A DNA stretch of 64,000 bases from a candidate division FCPU426 bacterium (GTDB lineage Bacteria; Oederibacteriota; Muellerivitia; Muellerivitales; Muellerivitaceae): NCBI GenBank assembly GCA_963738405.1, contig CAVTWJ010000014.1, positions 32,001-96,000 on the forward strand. Direction: 5' to 3'. A program made the position numbers and the translations under genes. A model generated the notes under the pieces. It was not told the DNA's origin and searched no databases. It was given only the letters and a program-made list of their open reading frames with translations. Shown in pieces: positions 8,104 through 20,354 of this stretch; within the stretch, counting starts at the first letter, position 1, and every line of letters begins with the position of its first letter.

Positions 8104-9668
8104 TGGGGCTCCCTCGGAGTTTCACTGATTTGTCGAAGCAATTTGGGGAAGATGGGTAAAAGATCCCCCGCCAACAGTCCGTCCGGCCCCATCCGCCGGG
8201 CTAATCTTTCCCCAGCCAATCCATGCAGATATACTCCGAGGGTGGCGGCATCGAAGGGGTTCAAACGCTGGGCTAAAAGCCCGCCAATGACTCCCGACAA
8301 CACATCTCCAGTTCCCGCAGTGGCCAAGGCCCGGTTGCCGGTGGGATTGATTCGAATTTCCCCCCTGGGGCTGGCAATGACGGTATGACGACCCTTTAGG
8401 ACAAGCACGACATTATAGCCCTCGGCAATTTGCTTCGCAACTTTGAGCCGGTTTTGTTCCACTTCGGAAATGCTGATCTTAAGCAGCCAAGCCGCCTCGC
8501 CTGGATGAGGCGTCAGGATGACCGGAGCCTTCACAGCCTTGAATATGTCCAATTGTCCCCCCAACAGGTTGAGGGCGTCCGCGTCCACGACCATAGGGAG
8601 CGTAAGCTTGGTCAAGAGGTCTCGAACCAGTTGAGCGGTTTCACGATGACGTCCAATGCCGGGCCCGATGACCACCGAGTTCACATTGGTGCAGAGGCCA
8701 AGGATTCGGCCCGCCGCCTTGAGGGAGAGGAACCCGCCCGCCACCTCAGGGACCGGCGCGGTCATGGGCTCGGTCAGTTTGACTTCCAATATGGCGTTGA
8801 GGCTCTCGGGGCATGCGACCGTTACAAGACCCGCTCCAATGCGTTGGGCGCCCAACGCGCTTAAAGTCGCGGCCCCGGTCAAGCCCGTGGCGCCCGCCAC
8901 TACCACCACCCTTCCCCGGCTTCCCTTGTGGGTGTAATCGTCGTAACGGGGCAGGGCTTTCCGGACGGTTTCTCTTTCGGTTATTTCATGTTTTAAAAAG
9001 GGAGCGTTTAGCAGTTCATCGGGAAAACCAATCGGGTCCACCTTCCATTTCCCCAAGTAGGCTGGAGCCGTGGGGGAATAAAACCCAACCTTGGGCAGGC
9101 CGAAAGTAACCGTCCGATGGGCGCTCAATACCTCTCCCAAGGGGTTACCCGTATCCGCCGACAGCCCGGATGGAATATCCACCGCCACGACGGGCTTTCC
9201 CAATCCCTTTGCCAGGCGGATCAAGTCCTTGGCCAAGCCTTCCACGGGGCGGCTCAAACCGGTGCCCAGAATCGCGTCCACCAGAAGATCGCATTCTTCC
9301 AGGGCCACCTGGATGGATTTTAAATTTCCGGCTTCTTCCAAAAAAAGAATCGGCACCTTGGCCGTTTTGGCCCTTTGAAACTGGCCCAGGGTTTCCTCCG
9401 CCAGGGATTCGGCGTCCCCCAGCACTACCGCCACCACGCTGGCTTTGACCGCTTTCAAGAGGCGGGCCGTTACCAATCCATCCCCGCCGTTATGCCCCTT
9501 GCCGCACAAAACCCCCACGGTGCGTTTGGAAAGGGGGGCAAAATGTTCCTCCAACTCTCTTAAAACCGCTTCCCCGGCCGATTCCATCAATTGGCGGACG
9601 GACAACCCATAATCTTGAACCGCCAATTCATCGATTTTTTTCATATCCCGGGCTGTGGCAAGTTTCAT
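8016..9668 (-). CDS. nnr: Bifunctional NAD(P)H-hydrate epimerase/dehydratase
   Basis: LMESAG, CGKGHNGGDG, DAILGTG, DIPSG (YjeF_N); HKGSRG, GPGIG, DADAL, TPHPGE, GTGDVL (kinase-like domain). Confidence 0.95.
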   Translation of the reverse strand: MKLATARDMKKIDELAVQDYGLSVRQLMESAGEAVLRELEEHFAPLSKRTVGVLCGKGHNGGDGLVTARLLKAVKASVVAVVLGDAESLAEETLGQFQRAKTAKVPILFLEEAGNLKSIQVALEECDLLVDAILGTGLSRPVEGLAKDLIRLAKGLGKPVVAVDIPSGLSADTGNPLGEVLSAHRTVTFGLPKVGFYSPTAPAYLGKWKVDPIGFPDELLNAPFLKHEITERETVRKALPRYDDYTHKGSRGRVVVVAGATGLTGAATLSALGAQRIGAGLVTVACPESLNAILEVKLTEPMTAPVPEVAGGFLSLKAAGRILGLCTNVNSVVIGPGIGRHRETAQLVRDLLTKLTLPMVVDADALNLLGGQLDIFKAVKAPVILTPHPGEAAWLLKISISEVEQNRLKVAKQIAEGYNVVLVLKGRHTVIASPRGEIRINPTGNRALATAGTGDVLSGVIGGLLAQRLNPFDAATLGVYLHGLAGERLARRMGPDGLLAGDLLPIFPKLLRQISETPREPQCLATLNSKTNGKPSSRSSRSGKRGSTNT

Positions 9669-9683
9669 GGCGCCTCCTGAAGG

Positions 9684-11171
9684 CTATTTCTCGATGTGGT
9701 AGATCAGGCTTGTAAAAAATTGAGGTCTGAACCGGAAGGCGGTCGCTTCGAATCGGTTCTGGAGAGTGGGGTCTTCCATGAGGTCGGTTAAAAGCGGCAC
9801 CACCATGCTTTTATCCTGTCGCAAGACCACCGCCCCCAGCCTTTCCCGCATATTCACATCCACAAAACTTAACCGGTCGGTATAGAAACTATGGAGCGCC
9901 ACATAGGCGCCCTTGGGAGGGTTAAAGGGAAGGGTTACAAGAATCGGGTTTCGGCCGGACCAATATTGGGTTTTGGGAATTTCATCCGAATAAATCACTG
10001 CGTCGGGCGGGAGCGTATTTAAATACTCCGCCGAACGCTTGATGTCGCCGAAGGAATCATATTGGGCAATGATAACAGCGGCGGAATAGATGACCGACCA
10101 GGCCAGCATCACCGTCAAAAGGGTGTTCTTGAGAAGCAATTTGTAGATGGGCCGATGAGGCTCTTTCCAGCGGATAAAAAAGAGATCCAACTGGTAGCCT
10201 GCGGCGACCGCGACCAGCGGTAAAAAAGGAAGAAGATACCGGTCCTGGTAAGCGGTTGGAAAAAGTCTGGATAAAAAAAGAACCATATAAACCTGAAGAA
10301 TCACCCGCCGGAAGGCATTGCCCTCCGCCCCTTCCCGGTTGGCCATTTTCCCGATCCCCAAGATGGCCGCCCCGTAGATGAGGGGAGTAAACACAAAGGC
10401 GGGCTGGGTCAGGTAGGTGTAAAGATGCTCCATGAAGTTGAGAAAAAACAAATGGTGGCCCGATAGGCCCGATGCGGTTCCCGCCCCTTCCCGGTAAGCT
10501 TCCAATATGGTCATGAACTTTGGCAGCAGCAGATACATCGGCCCTGCCCAAACAAGAAGGGTCATCAGCCTTCGGGGCCAAAGAGTTCTTTTCTCGAGCC
10601 CCTCGCCCACGGCCCAAATCCAAGGCAAAAGGAGGTAGCCTTCCGGGCGGGTACAGGCGGCAACCGCAGCGGTAAGGCTGGCCGTAATCCAGGCGCCTGG
10701 GTGCTGATCCGCTTCCGCCGCAGTTAACCTTTCCAACGCCAGCCAGAAAAACAGAAGAAAAAAAACATCCGGCATCACCTTTAAGGACCACTGCCAAAGC
10801 AGGGGAGAAAAAAGGGCCATGGTGCAAACCAGCCCGGACATTTCGGTCGACATCCAACGCCTGCTGAACCGCCAAAGAGGAAGTAAAAAAAGAAGCCCCG
10901 CAAGGGCCGAAACCCACCGCCCTAAGATCCACCCGGTTGCCCCCATGCACTGACCCAAAAACAGAAGAAAGGGATAACCGGGAAAAAGCACAAACCGCTC
11001 GTTAGGCACGAAATGAGGGGAAAAATAAGTGAGGCTGTAGACCCCATCGGTAGTCTCAGCGGCGGCCATGCGCAGCAGGGGAAGACGCGTGACCACACCC
11101 ATGAACAGCAAAAACCAAAACCAATGGGCCGCGGTGAGGATGCGGGGTTTCCACTCTTTGGAGGAGGGCAT
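9684..11171 (-). CDS. GT-C fold membrane glycosyltransferase (ArnT/PMT-like)
   Basis: Multi-TM; acidic ETTD after TM1, PGYP, RPEG, DRYLLP motifs. Confidence 0.7.
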   Translation of the reverse strand: MPSSKEWKPRILTAAHWFWFLLFMGVVTRLPLLRMAAAETTDGVYSLTYFSPHFVPNERFVLFPGYPFLLFLGQCMGATGWILGRWVSALAGLLFLLPLWRFSRRWMSTEMSGLVCTMALFSPLLWQWSLKVMPDVFFLLFFWLALERLTAAEADQHPGAWITASLTAAVAACTRPEGYLLLPWIWAVGEGLEKRTLWPRRLMTLLVWAGPMYLLLPKFMTILEAYREGAGTASGLSGHHLFFLNFMEHLYTYLTQPAFVFTPLIYGAAILGIGKMANREGAEGNAFRRVILQVYMVLFLSRLFPTAYQDRYLLPFLPLVAVAAGYQLDLFFIRWKEPHRPIYKLLLKNTLLTVMLAWSVIYSAAVIIAQYDSFGDIKRSAEYLNTLPPDAVIYSDEIPKTQYWSGRNPILVTLPFNPPKGAYVALHSFYTDRLSFVDVNMRERLGAVVLRQDKSMVVPLLTDLMEDPTLQNRFEATAFRFRPQFFTSLIYHIEK

Positions 11172-11179
11172 ATCGTTCC

Positions 11180-11563
11180 TTACAACCTAGATTCTAAGAT
11201 CACCGTTGCAGTCGCATCCCTTTTGCTATGGGCCAGGGTTAAGTGAAGAAACTCGATACCGCGCTCAACCCTTAATTTTTCAAAGATTCCCAACAACCGC
11301 AGAGAGGGTTTTCCCGCCTCGTCGCGCAGAACCTCAATCTGGTTCCATTTCCACCGGCCCCCGAAACCCCGGCTGAAGGCCTTGATGACAGCCTCTTTCG
11401 CGGCAAAACGGCCGGCGAGCGAGGGATAGGGGTCGGATTTTTTTAGGCAGTAAGCGGCTTCTTGGGGAGTGAAGAGGCGGTCGATAAAACGCTTACCGAA
11501 TCTTTCATGGGCGAGCTTCACCCGGTCGATCTCGATTAAATCCACACCTACACCCACAATCAT
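11180..11563 (-). CDS. acpS: Holo-[acyl-carrier-protein] synthase
   Basis: GVGVDLIEI, RLFTPQE, AGRFAAKEA, GKP. Confidence 0.95.
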   Translation of the reverse strand: MIVGVGVDLIEIDRVKLAHERFGKRFIDRLFTPQEAAYCLKKSDPYPSLAGRFAAKEAVIKAFSRGFGGRWKWNQIEVLRDEAGKPSLRLLGIFEKLRVERGIEFLHLTLAHSKRDATATVILESRL

Positions 11564-11641
11564 GGCATACCTTTTTATTACGAGGAGGTGGCGTATTTTA
11601 TCGGCGGGAAGCGTCGGATGACAAGTCCGTGGGAAAAGGGG

Positions 11642-12061
11642 TTAGGAACCGGCCCTTTTGGCCTCTTCGATGACCTTCAAGCGGCCCTGGGCCCTTTCCA
11701 ATTTGGACAAGACTTCAGGATTGTTCTTCATTTCTTTTTTTGAGGCCATCAGTTCCTTGGCCGTTTCCATGGATTTTTTGGCGCGATCCGCGTCAATTTC
11801 ATCGGCCTTCTCGTAGGCCTCGGCCAGCACGATCACCGACTTGGGGTTCACTTCCACAAACCCCTTGGAAACAAAATAAAGCTCCCGCTTTCCGTTGGCC
11901 GTCACCTTGAGGGTGCCGGGCTTGATCGTCGCCATGATCGGCATATGGCGGGCCATGACACCGAACTCCCCGGCGCTTCCCGGCAATGTCACCAAGGTGA
12001 CCTCGGAAGCGAATCCCGGCTTATCGGGGGAAACAACCTGGAGCTGGAGAGTGTTGGCCAT
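11642..12061 (-). CDS. atpC: ATP synthase F1 epsilon subunit
   Basis: VVSPD, PGSAGEFGVMARH, GFVEV; last gene of the atp operon. Confidence 0.95.
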   Translation of the reverse strand: MANTLQLQVVSPDKPGFASEVTLVTLPGSAGEFGVMARHMPIMATIKPGTLKVTANGKRELYFVSKGFVEVNPKSVIVLAEAYEKADEIDADRAKKSMETAKELMASKKEMKNNPEVLSKLERAQGRLKVIEEAKRAGS

Positions 12062-12210
12062 GGGATTCCCTTTCCTTACATCTTGAGACCTCTGAAAAAA
12101 TTAAAAAAAGCGACAACCCGAGGTCTCAATCCCAAAGATTTCCGCAGGAAATCGTGGGGTCACATTGAATGTTTTACTGGAAAAGGCGGCAAGGCCGACT
12201 TTTCCAGAGA

Positions 12211-13629
<1,419 letters not shown>

Positions 13630-13679
13630 TCATTTCCTCCAAGATTTCAAAGGCCCAACCGGGCCTCTTCTCTCCCCAT

Positions 13680-14537
13680 CTATTTCAAGGCTTCCGCTCC
13701 ACCGACGATTTCCGCCAATTCCTTGGTAATCATGGCCTGCCGGGCCCGGTTATAGTCCAGAGTCAGCTTGGCGATCATTTCCCCTGCGTTCTTGCTGGCC
13801 GATTCCATGGCGCTCCGTTTGGCACCCATTTCAGAGGAGAAACTCTCCAGCAGGTAGCGGTGGATCATCGTGGCCAGGTACTGGGACACCAGGGAATTCA
13901 AAATGGTGTCCAGATCCGGCTCAAAATCATAATCGGCCGTCAAGCCCTTGGCCTCCCCTGGAATTTCCTGAAGCCGAATGGGAAGCAATAGATCCATGGC
14001 GGTCTTTTGCGAAATCACGCTTTTGAATTCGGTGTAAAGCACCCGAATCTCTTTGTATCCGCCCCGAATGAACAACCCTTCGATCTCGTCGCGCATCTCC
14101 AACACGGTCTCATGCGGGATATTCGGAAATACATAGAGCCATTCTTTGATGATGTTGAATTTACGGCGCTTGAAGAAATCCCGCCCCTTTTTACCGATGG
14201 TGATCAGGTCCGTACCGGGGTTTTCCCGCAAGTAGGCCTGGGCTTGCCGGAAAATATTGGCGTTAAAACTTCCGCAAAGCCCGCGGTCCGCGCTGATGAC
14301 CACCAGGGCCGACTTGCCTTCCTGTTTCACCGCCAGGAGGGGATGGTCCCGTTCGGTGGTCTTGGCCGCCAGATTTTTCATCACTTCCGCCATGCGGATG
14401 GCGTAGGGCCGGGCGCTCAAGATGCGCTGTTGGGCGCGTTTCAAGCGGGCGGTGGCCACCATCTTCATGGCCTTGGTGATTTGGCCGATGTTCTTGACGC
14501 TTTTGATGCGTGTTTTGATTTCCCTGATCTGTGCCAT
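13680..14537 (-). CDS. atpG: ATP synthase F1 gamma subunit
   Basis: ITKAMKMVA, DRGLCG, NRARQAMITKEL. Confidence 0.98.
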   Translation of the reverse strand: MAQIREIKTRIKSVKNIGQITKAMKMVATARLKRAQQRILSARPYAIRMAEVMKNLAAKTTERDHPLLAVKQEGKSALVVISADRGLCGSFNANIFRQAQAYLRENPGTDLITIGKKGRDFFKRRKFNIIKEWLYVFPNIPHETVLEMRDEIEGLFIRGGYKEIRVLYTEFKSVISQKTAMDLLLPIRLQEIPGEAKGLTADYDFEPDLDTILNSLVSQYLATMIHRYLLESFSSEMGAKRSAMESASKNAGEMIAKLTLDYNRARQAMITKELAEIVGGAEALK

Positions 14538-14560
14538 GGGCGGTCCTCAAAAACCTTTCA

Positions 14561-16069
14561 TCAAGCCACGAATGACTTGGAGAATTCCTCGATGGCCGAG
14601 ACCAGCTTCGCCTTGTTGTCGTCCGTCAGGTCGTTTATCTCGCGGATTTCTTTCAGGATCGCCGGGTACTTTTCTTTCAGAAAGTTTAAAAGCCCCGTCT
14701 CAAAGGGTTTCACCTTCTCGATGGGCAGGTTATCCATATAGCCGCTAATCCCGGCGAAGATGGAAGCCACCTGATCTTCCATGATCATGGGGGAATACTG
14801 GGGCTGCTTCATCAGCTCCACCATATGGGACCCCCGGTTCAGCTGGGCCATGGAGGTTTTGTCCAATTCGGCGCCGAACTGGGCGAAGGCCGCCAGTTCG
14901 TTGTACTGGGCCATGTCCAATTTCAGCTTGCCCGCCACCTTCTTGGTGGCCTTGGTTTGGGCGTTGCCGCCCACGCGGGAGACCGAGATACCCACGTTAA
15001 TGGCCGGGCGAATACCCGAGTTGAAAAGGTTTGATTCAAGGAAGATCTGCCCGTCGGTAATGGAAATAACGTTGGTCGGGATATAAGCCGTCACGTCTCC
15101 CGCCTGTGTCTCGATAATCGGGAGGGCCGTTAAGGAACCGCCGCCCAACTTGTCATTCAACTTACAGGCGCGTTCCAATAGGCGTGAATGAAGGTAGAAA
15201 ACATCCCCCGGGTAGGCCTCGCGTCCCGGTGGACGGCGCAAGAGGAGGGACAATTCCCGATAGGCCACGGCTTGTTTGGACAAGTCGTCATAAATAATCA
15301 AGGCGTGCCCGCCGTTATAGGTGAATTCTTCCGCCATGGCGCATCCCGCGTAGGGGGCGATGTATTGCAGGGGCGCCGGGTCGGAAGCGGTGGAGGAAAC
15401 GATGATGCAATAACTCAACGCGTCGCGTTCTTCCAGGGTGCGAACCACTTGGGCCACCGTGGACTGCTTTTGGCCGATGGCCACATAAACGCAGATGACG
15501 CCCTTTCCCTTCTGGTTCAGGATCGCGTCAATGGCAATGGCAGTCTTTCCCGTCTGGCGGTCGCCGATGATCAACTCGCGCTGGCCCCGGCCGATAGGAA
15601 TCATGCAATCGATGGCCTTAATACCTGTATGAAGGGGTTCCTTCACCGGCTGGCGCTGCACCACGCCTGGGGCGCGGATCTCAAGCCTTCGGGTCGTGGT
15701 GGCCTTCAGGGGTCCCTTGCCGTCCAGGGGGATGCCGAGGGGATTCACCACCCGTCCCAGAAGTTCCTTGCCCGTCGGCACTTCGGCGATACGACCGGTC
15801 AACTCAACGGGATCGCCCTCGTGCACCAGGCGGGTTTCACCCATCAGCACCGCGCCCACGGAGTCGGTCTCCAGGTTAAAAGTAATGCCGTAGACGTCGT
15901 TGGGAAATTTGAGCAATTCGCCGGCCATGGCGTTTTTCAATCCGTAAATCACGGCCACGCCGTCCCCAACCTTAAGGACTTCTCCCACCTGGGAGAGATC
16001 GGTCTCGGCCTTGAATTCCTTGATTTTGGATTTCAGGATTTTCGTTACTTCATCCGCTTGGAGCGCCAC
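14561..16069 (-). CDS. atpA: ATP synthase F1 alpha subunit
   Basis: [23 protein letters not shown] start. Confidence 0.99.
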   Translation of the reverse strand: MALQADEVTKILKSKIKEFKAETDLSQVGEVLKVGDGVAVIYGLKNAMAGELLKFPNDVYGITFNLETDSVGAVLMGETRLVHEGDPVELTGRIAEVPTGKELLGRVVNPLGIPLDGKGPLKATTTRRLEIRAPGVVQRQPVKEPLHTGIKAIDCMIPIGRGQRELIIGDRQTGKTAIAIDAILNQKGKGVICVYVAIGQKQSTVAQVVRTLEERDALSYCIIVSSTASDPAPLQYIAPYAGCAMAEEFTYNGGHALIIYDDLSKQAVAYRELSLLLRRPPGREAYPGDVFYLHSRLLERACKLNDKLGGGSLTALPIIETQAGDVTAYIPTNVISITDGQIFLESNLFNSGIRPAINVGISVSRVGGNAQTKATKKVAGKLKLDMAQYNELAAFAQFGAELDKTSMAQLNRGSHMVELMKQPQYSPMIMEDQVASIFAGISGYMDNLPIEKVKPFETGLLNFLKEKYPAILKEIREINDLTDDNKAKLVSAIEEFSKSFVA

Positions 16070-16100
16070 AGTGTTACCTCCGAGTATTCGTTAAAAAGGA

Positions 16101-16646
16101 TTAATCGATCTCGACCCGCAAAAGCCTCTGTTTCATCTTTTCAAGCTGCCCGAGGACGCTCCCGTCCATGCGCTGATCGCCTAAATAAATCATCATCCCG
16201 CCGATGAGGCCCGGCCTCACTTCTTCCTTCAGTTCCACGGTCAACCCCAGCATCTGCGAAAGCTTTTGGGAAAGGGACGATTTTTGGGCGGAGGTCAAGG
16301 GGCTGGCGGTCAAGACCCGCGCGATGGCCTTACCCCTCATCTCATAGCAAAGCCTCTCAAAGTGGTCCGCCACGGCTTTCAAATGCTTGATGCGTTTCTT
16401 GGTTAAAAGAAGGCGTAGGAAGTTTTCTAAAGTGGGAGAAAGGGCGCTTCCCAAAAGGGCTTTGAGGGCGTCCAATTTCTCCTGGGCCTTGACCCGGGGA
16501 TGCTCCAAGGTGACTTTCAACTCAGGGGATTCTTCCAAAAGCTTCTGCACCGCCTGCATCTCAGAGGAAAGCGAATCCACCGTCTTTTGCTCCTGGGCCA
16601 CCTGCAACAGCGCCACGGCGTACTTTTCGGCGATAACCGATTCCAT
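16101..16646 (-). CDS. atpH: ATP synthase F1 delta subunit
   Basis: IAEKYAVAL, LIGGM..GDQRMDGS. Confidence 0.93.
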   Translation of the reverse strand: MESVIAEKYAVALLQVAQEQKTVDSLSSEMQAVQKLLEESPELKVTLEHPRVKAQEKLDALKALLGSALSPTLENFLRLLLTKKRIKHLKAVADHFERLCYEMRGKAIARVLTASPLTSAQKSSLSQKLSQMLGLTVELKEEVRPGLIGGMMIYLGDQRMDGSVLGQLEKMKQRLLRVEID

Positions 16647-16668
16647 GGGCTTTCTCCTGATCTCGAAT

Positions 16669-17157
16669 TTAATTCTTGCGGGCGTTCAGCCCTTGAATGC
16701 TTTCCTGCACGATCTTGTCCTGCACCTTGGCGTCCACGCTGGCGCGGATGATCTTCTCAGCGATCTCGACTGCCATCGACCCGATTTCCCTCTGCAAGGT
16801 CGCGGAAGCGGCTTGGCGCTCGCTTTCCAAAACCTTCCTTGCATCGGCCAAGGTCAATTCGGATTCCTTGCGTGCGGCGTGAATGATTTCTTCCTTCATC
16901 CGATCCGCTTCCTTGCGGGCCGTTTGAAGGGTTTCGGCGGTCTTTTGCTCCAGATCCTTGAGCTTTTGCTCCAAATCCGACTGGAGCTTTTCAGATTCCT
17001 TTTGCCGCTGCTCAGCGGTGGCCAGCTGGCCCTCAATGCGCTTTTGCCGGTCCGCCATCCAGCCCCTCAGGTAGGGCAGGAAGACGACCGCGGACAGGGC
17101 CATGCCGATAACGAAGGTGGCAAGCTGCAGAAAAAATACACTGGCGTTAAATTCCAT
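16669..17157 (-). CDS. atpF: ATP synthase Fo subunit b
   Basis: N-terminal TM followed by a long coiled coil; ATG at 17157; position between atpE and atpH. Confidence 0.9.
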   Translation of the reverse strand: MEFNASVFFLQLATFVIGMALSAVVFLPYLRGWMADRQKRIEGQLATAEQRQKESEKLQSDLEQKLKDLEQKTAETLQTARKEADRMKEEIIHAARKESELTLADARKVLESERQAASATLQREIGSMAVEIAEKIIRASVDAKVQDKIVQESIQGLNARKN

Positions 17158-17216
17158 GGCGTACCTTCCAATCGAATCCGGGGCCCTTCGGCCCCGGATT
17201 CGGAGTGCGGCTCGAT

Positions 17217-17618
<402 letters not shown>

Positions 17619-17679
17619 TCAAGCGGGGGCAAGACCCGGAGAATCCCGCCTGCGCGGGAACGTCGAAATCGTTTAAGCC

Positions 17680-18528
17680 TCAGCCGTGCTGGGGCTCGCC
17701 GGCCTCCTCATGCTCGTCATGGCCTTGGACGGCGCCGCCGATATATACCATGGCCAGGAGCATGAAAACAAAGGCTTGGATAAAAGAAATAAACACGCCC
17801 AACACCACAATGCACACCCTTAAAAGAAAGGGAAAAGAGGACATAATCTTGAAAACCGGCGCGCCGTTCCAAAAAAAGAGGACCAGGATGATGCAAACCG
17901 CCAGGACCTTCTCTTTCCCCATCATGTTCCCGAACAAACGCATGGTGAGGGAAACGGGTTTGATCAACTCTCCCGCGATGTGGATGAGGGGCATCATCAG
18001 ACAAAGGGCGAAATAGATGACGTTCATCATGAGTTTCAGCGCGAAAGGCGACTTGGGGTCCGCCGAAACTTTCGGGGGCAGGAAATGGGCCAGGTATTTC
18101 AACAGGCCTTTTTCTTTAATCCCCCAGATGTGGGTCGAGGCAAAAACAATCAGCGCCATGCCGACATTCATATCGACCCGGCTGGTGGGCGACACCAAAC
18201 CCGGGATGAGCCCCATGAGGTTCGAGAAGAAAATAAAAAAGAAAAGATAAAAAAACATAGGGAAGAAAAACTCGGCGTGCTTTCCGACGATGGGGTCGGC
18301 TAGGTCCTTCACGAAGTCGATGGAAAGTTCGAAAAAATTCTGGAGCCCCGTCGGCACCAATTTCAGGTTGCGTCGGGCAAGGAGGAAGAGAACCAACAGG
18401 AGGCAAAAAACAAAAAGCGCGACGCTGGAGACGTTGATCAGATTATCAAATCCCATAAAATTTCCGTGAAGGGAAATCGGGCTTTCAGCGGTTTCGATGC
18501 CCGGGATAGGACTTTCAGCGGCGGCCAT
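17680..18528 (-). CDS. atpB: ATP synthase Fo subunit a
   Basis: NLMGLIPG, PTS, SLTMRLFGNM with the essential Arg, IQAFVF. Confidence 0.96.
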   Translation of the reverse strand: MAAAESPIPGIETAESPISLHGNFMGFDNLINVSSVALFVFCLLLVLFLLARRNLKLVPTGLQNFFELSIDFVKDLADPIVGKHAEFFFPMFFYLFFFIFFSNLMGLIPGLVSPTSRVDMNVGMALIVFASTHIWGIKEKGLLKYLAHFLPPKVSADPKSPFALKLMMNVIYFALCLMMPLIHIAGELIKPVSLTMRLFGNMMGKEKVLAVCIILVLFFWNGAPVFKIMSSFPFLLRVCIVVLGVFISFIQAFVFMLLAMVYIGGAVQGHDEHEEAGEPQHG

Positions 18529-18683
18529 TCGCAGAACCTTTCAAAACATGAATAAGCGAAGGGAGAAAGGGAAGGTGTGGAAGAAAAACCGCCAAAAAGG
18601 TTTTTCGAGAGCGTCGTTACGGAAATTCGTGGTCAATGGTCAACTTTTCCCAATACAAAATCAAGTGAAAAACTTCCGCCGCT

Positions 18684-19109
18684 TCAGGCCTTATTAGATG
18701 ACAAAGACTGTCCCTCTTTTTTTCCCATCCAGCCTAAAACAAAAAGAAACCAAATGTACCCGGCAAGCGCTCCCAAAAGACAAATCGTTGATATTTGAAG
18801 GAGTCCCCAACAGGCAAAGGCAAGCAACAACCAGCGGAACAAATTCCAAAACCAAATTTGTCCGCCTCCCTTTTGAAATCCGCTCATGAGAATCTTGCCG
18901 GACATCCACCCGAGGGAAATTAAATAGAGAGATGAAAGTATCCCTCCCGTAAAAAGACCCAGACTGAAATCGGCTTTGTGAAAAATAAAATAGACCAGGC
19001 CGGAAGCCAGGGCGCAACCTCCAAGGGTCCATCGGGTAACGCTTAAGATGAGTGCAAGGGATAAATTTGCGGAAGCACTTCCGGATGGAGGCGGCGCGGG
19101 GGAAATCAT
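18684..19109 (-). CDS. atpI: ATP synthase protein I
   Basis: 4-TM protein directly upstream of atpB. Confidence 0.75.
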   Translation of the reverse strand: MISPAPPPSGSASANLSLALILSVTRWTLGGCALASGLVYFIFHKADFSLGLFTGGILSSLYLISLGWMSGKILMSGFQKGGGQIWFWNLFRWLLLAFACWGLLQISTICLLGALAGYIWFLFVLGWMGKKEGQSLSSNKA

Positions 19110-19345
19110 GACCGGGGCGGATTTTTCGGGGGAGTCGAAATATCCCGAATGTCCCCGATCAAAAGATAAAACCCCGCGCAGACCCCCGCCAATAACCCCG
19201 CGATGATGACCCAGGGTCCCCAGTGCAGATAGCGGTTCAAGAGCCAGCCCACGCCCGCTCCCCCGAAGGTGGTCAGGACGAAGTTGATTCCGAGGGTGGA
19301 GAGTCGTACGAGATTGGCGCTGGTGGATAATTTTCCCTTGTCCAT
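19106..19345 (-). CDS. atpZ: AtpZ/AtpI (ATPase gene 1) family small membrane protein
   Basis: Two TM helices, GWLLNRYL..GPW..GLLAGVCAGF pattern; overlaps atpI. Confidence 0.8.
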   Translation of the reverse strand: MDKGKLSTSANLVRLSTLGINFVLTTFGGAGVGWLLNRYLHWGPWVIIAGLLAGVCAGFYLLIGDIRDISTPPKNPPRS

Positions 19346-19587
19346 TGACCCTCCTTATCGATATGAAACGCGGCCTTGATGTAGATCCCCTCAGGTGGCA
19401 GAAGCGCCTCTACCTTCGGGCGTTCTTCTTTGACAATCACGAGCCCCAATCCGCAGTCGTCCTTTATGTCCCGGGGACGGGGGATCAGTTTAAAACGCAT
19501 CCGCCGATCCTTTAAGAGGGACTCGGCGTGCATAGTCTCGTGGGTGGTGTGAAACAAAAGGATGAAGTGGGCTTCAGTTAGGGCCAT
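19273..19587 (-). CDS. DUF3343 family protein
   Basis: FHTTHETMHAESLL..LIPRPRDIKDDCGLGL pattern. Confidence 0.75.
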   Translation of the reverse strand: MALTEAHFILLFHTTHETMHAESLLKDRRMRFKLIPRPRDIKDDCGLGLVIVKEERPKVEALLPPEGIYIKAAFHIDKEGQWTRENYPPAPISYDSPPSESTSS

Positions 19588-19680
19588 TCGGCCCTTGGGG
19601 GATGGAGGGGAGGACACCCTGCCTCCTTTATTTATCGATCAACCGGTTTGTTTTGCGCTACCAGGAAAAACCCAAAGGGA

Positions 19681-20181
19681 TTAACCCTCGCTTCCGCCGT
19701 GGAGGTCCCGGAAATCCTTGGGGCTCAAATGCTCTAGGAACTTCTTAAAGTCGCTCATCTCTTCTTTGTATTTTTCTTTATCGGGGATGGTGGCGTTCAC
19801 TACCACCTTCTCCGCCACGAAAATGGGGGCGCCGGTGCGCAGGGCCAGGGCAATGGCGTCCGAAGGCCGGGCGTCCAAATCAATCTTGTCCCCGCCATCT
19901 AAAAATTCCAAAAAGATGCGGGCGAAAAAAGTGTTCTGATTGATGTCGTTGACCAGCACCTTAATCACCTTCGCCCCCAGGGCGTCAATGGTGTTCTTCA
20001 ACAGGTCATGGGTCATGGGCCGGGGAAGGGTCTGTTCGTTGAGCTGAATAAAAATGGCCGTGGCCTCAGGCACGCCGATCCAGATGGGCAGATAGCGTTT
20101 TTCATCGTCGTCGGTCAATATGACCGCCGGCGTTTTAAGGTTAGGATCCACCGCGATTCCGCGGACTTTCATTTCAATCAT
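19681..20181 (-). CDS. Bifunctional nuclease family protein (DUF151)
   Basis: LPIWIG..EA, RPMTHDL, DARPSDAIALA. Confidence 0.93.
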   Translation of the reverse strand: MIEMKVRGIAVDPNLKTPAVILTDDDEKRYLPIWIGVPEATAIFIQLNEQTLPRPMTHDLLKNTIDALGAKVIKVLVNDINQNTFFARIFLEFLDGGDKIDLDARPSDAIALALRTGAPIFVAEKVVVNATIPDKEKYKEEMSDFKKFLEHLSPKDFRDLHGGSEG

Positions 20182-20354
20182 CGGGCAAGGCTCCGTTTTA
20201 TTCCCAGCACAACCACGACAGTTTCATCATGGGAACAAGCTTCAAATGATTCAAGGGAAGACTGTAAAAGGGCATCCACTTAGGCGAGAAACCGTCGAAT
20301 GGGCGGATTATATCCCTCCTTTCCCACCCATGCAACGACAGGAAAAGAGGGGAA

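Noticed and set aside
10057..10950. 297 aa alternate-frame ORF inside the GT-C gene (likewise 59954..60736 inside dsbD)
   Set aside because: Low-information Gly/Arg/Pro-rich translation typical of off-frame GC-rich sequence
17643..17660. REP-like hairpin TCCCGCCTGCGCGGGA between atpB and atpE
   Set aside because: Single short copy in the window; cannot distinguish it from an ordinary mRNA hairpin
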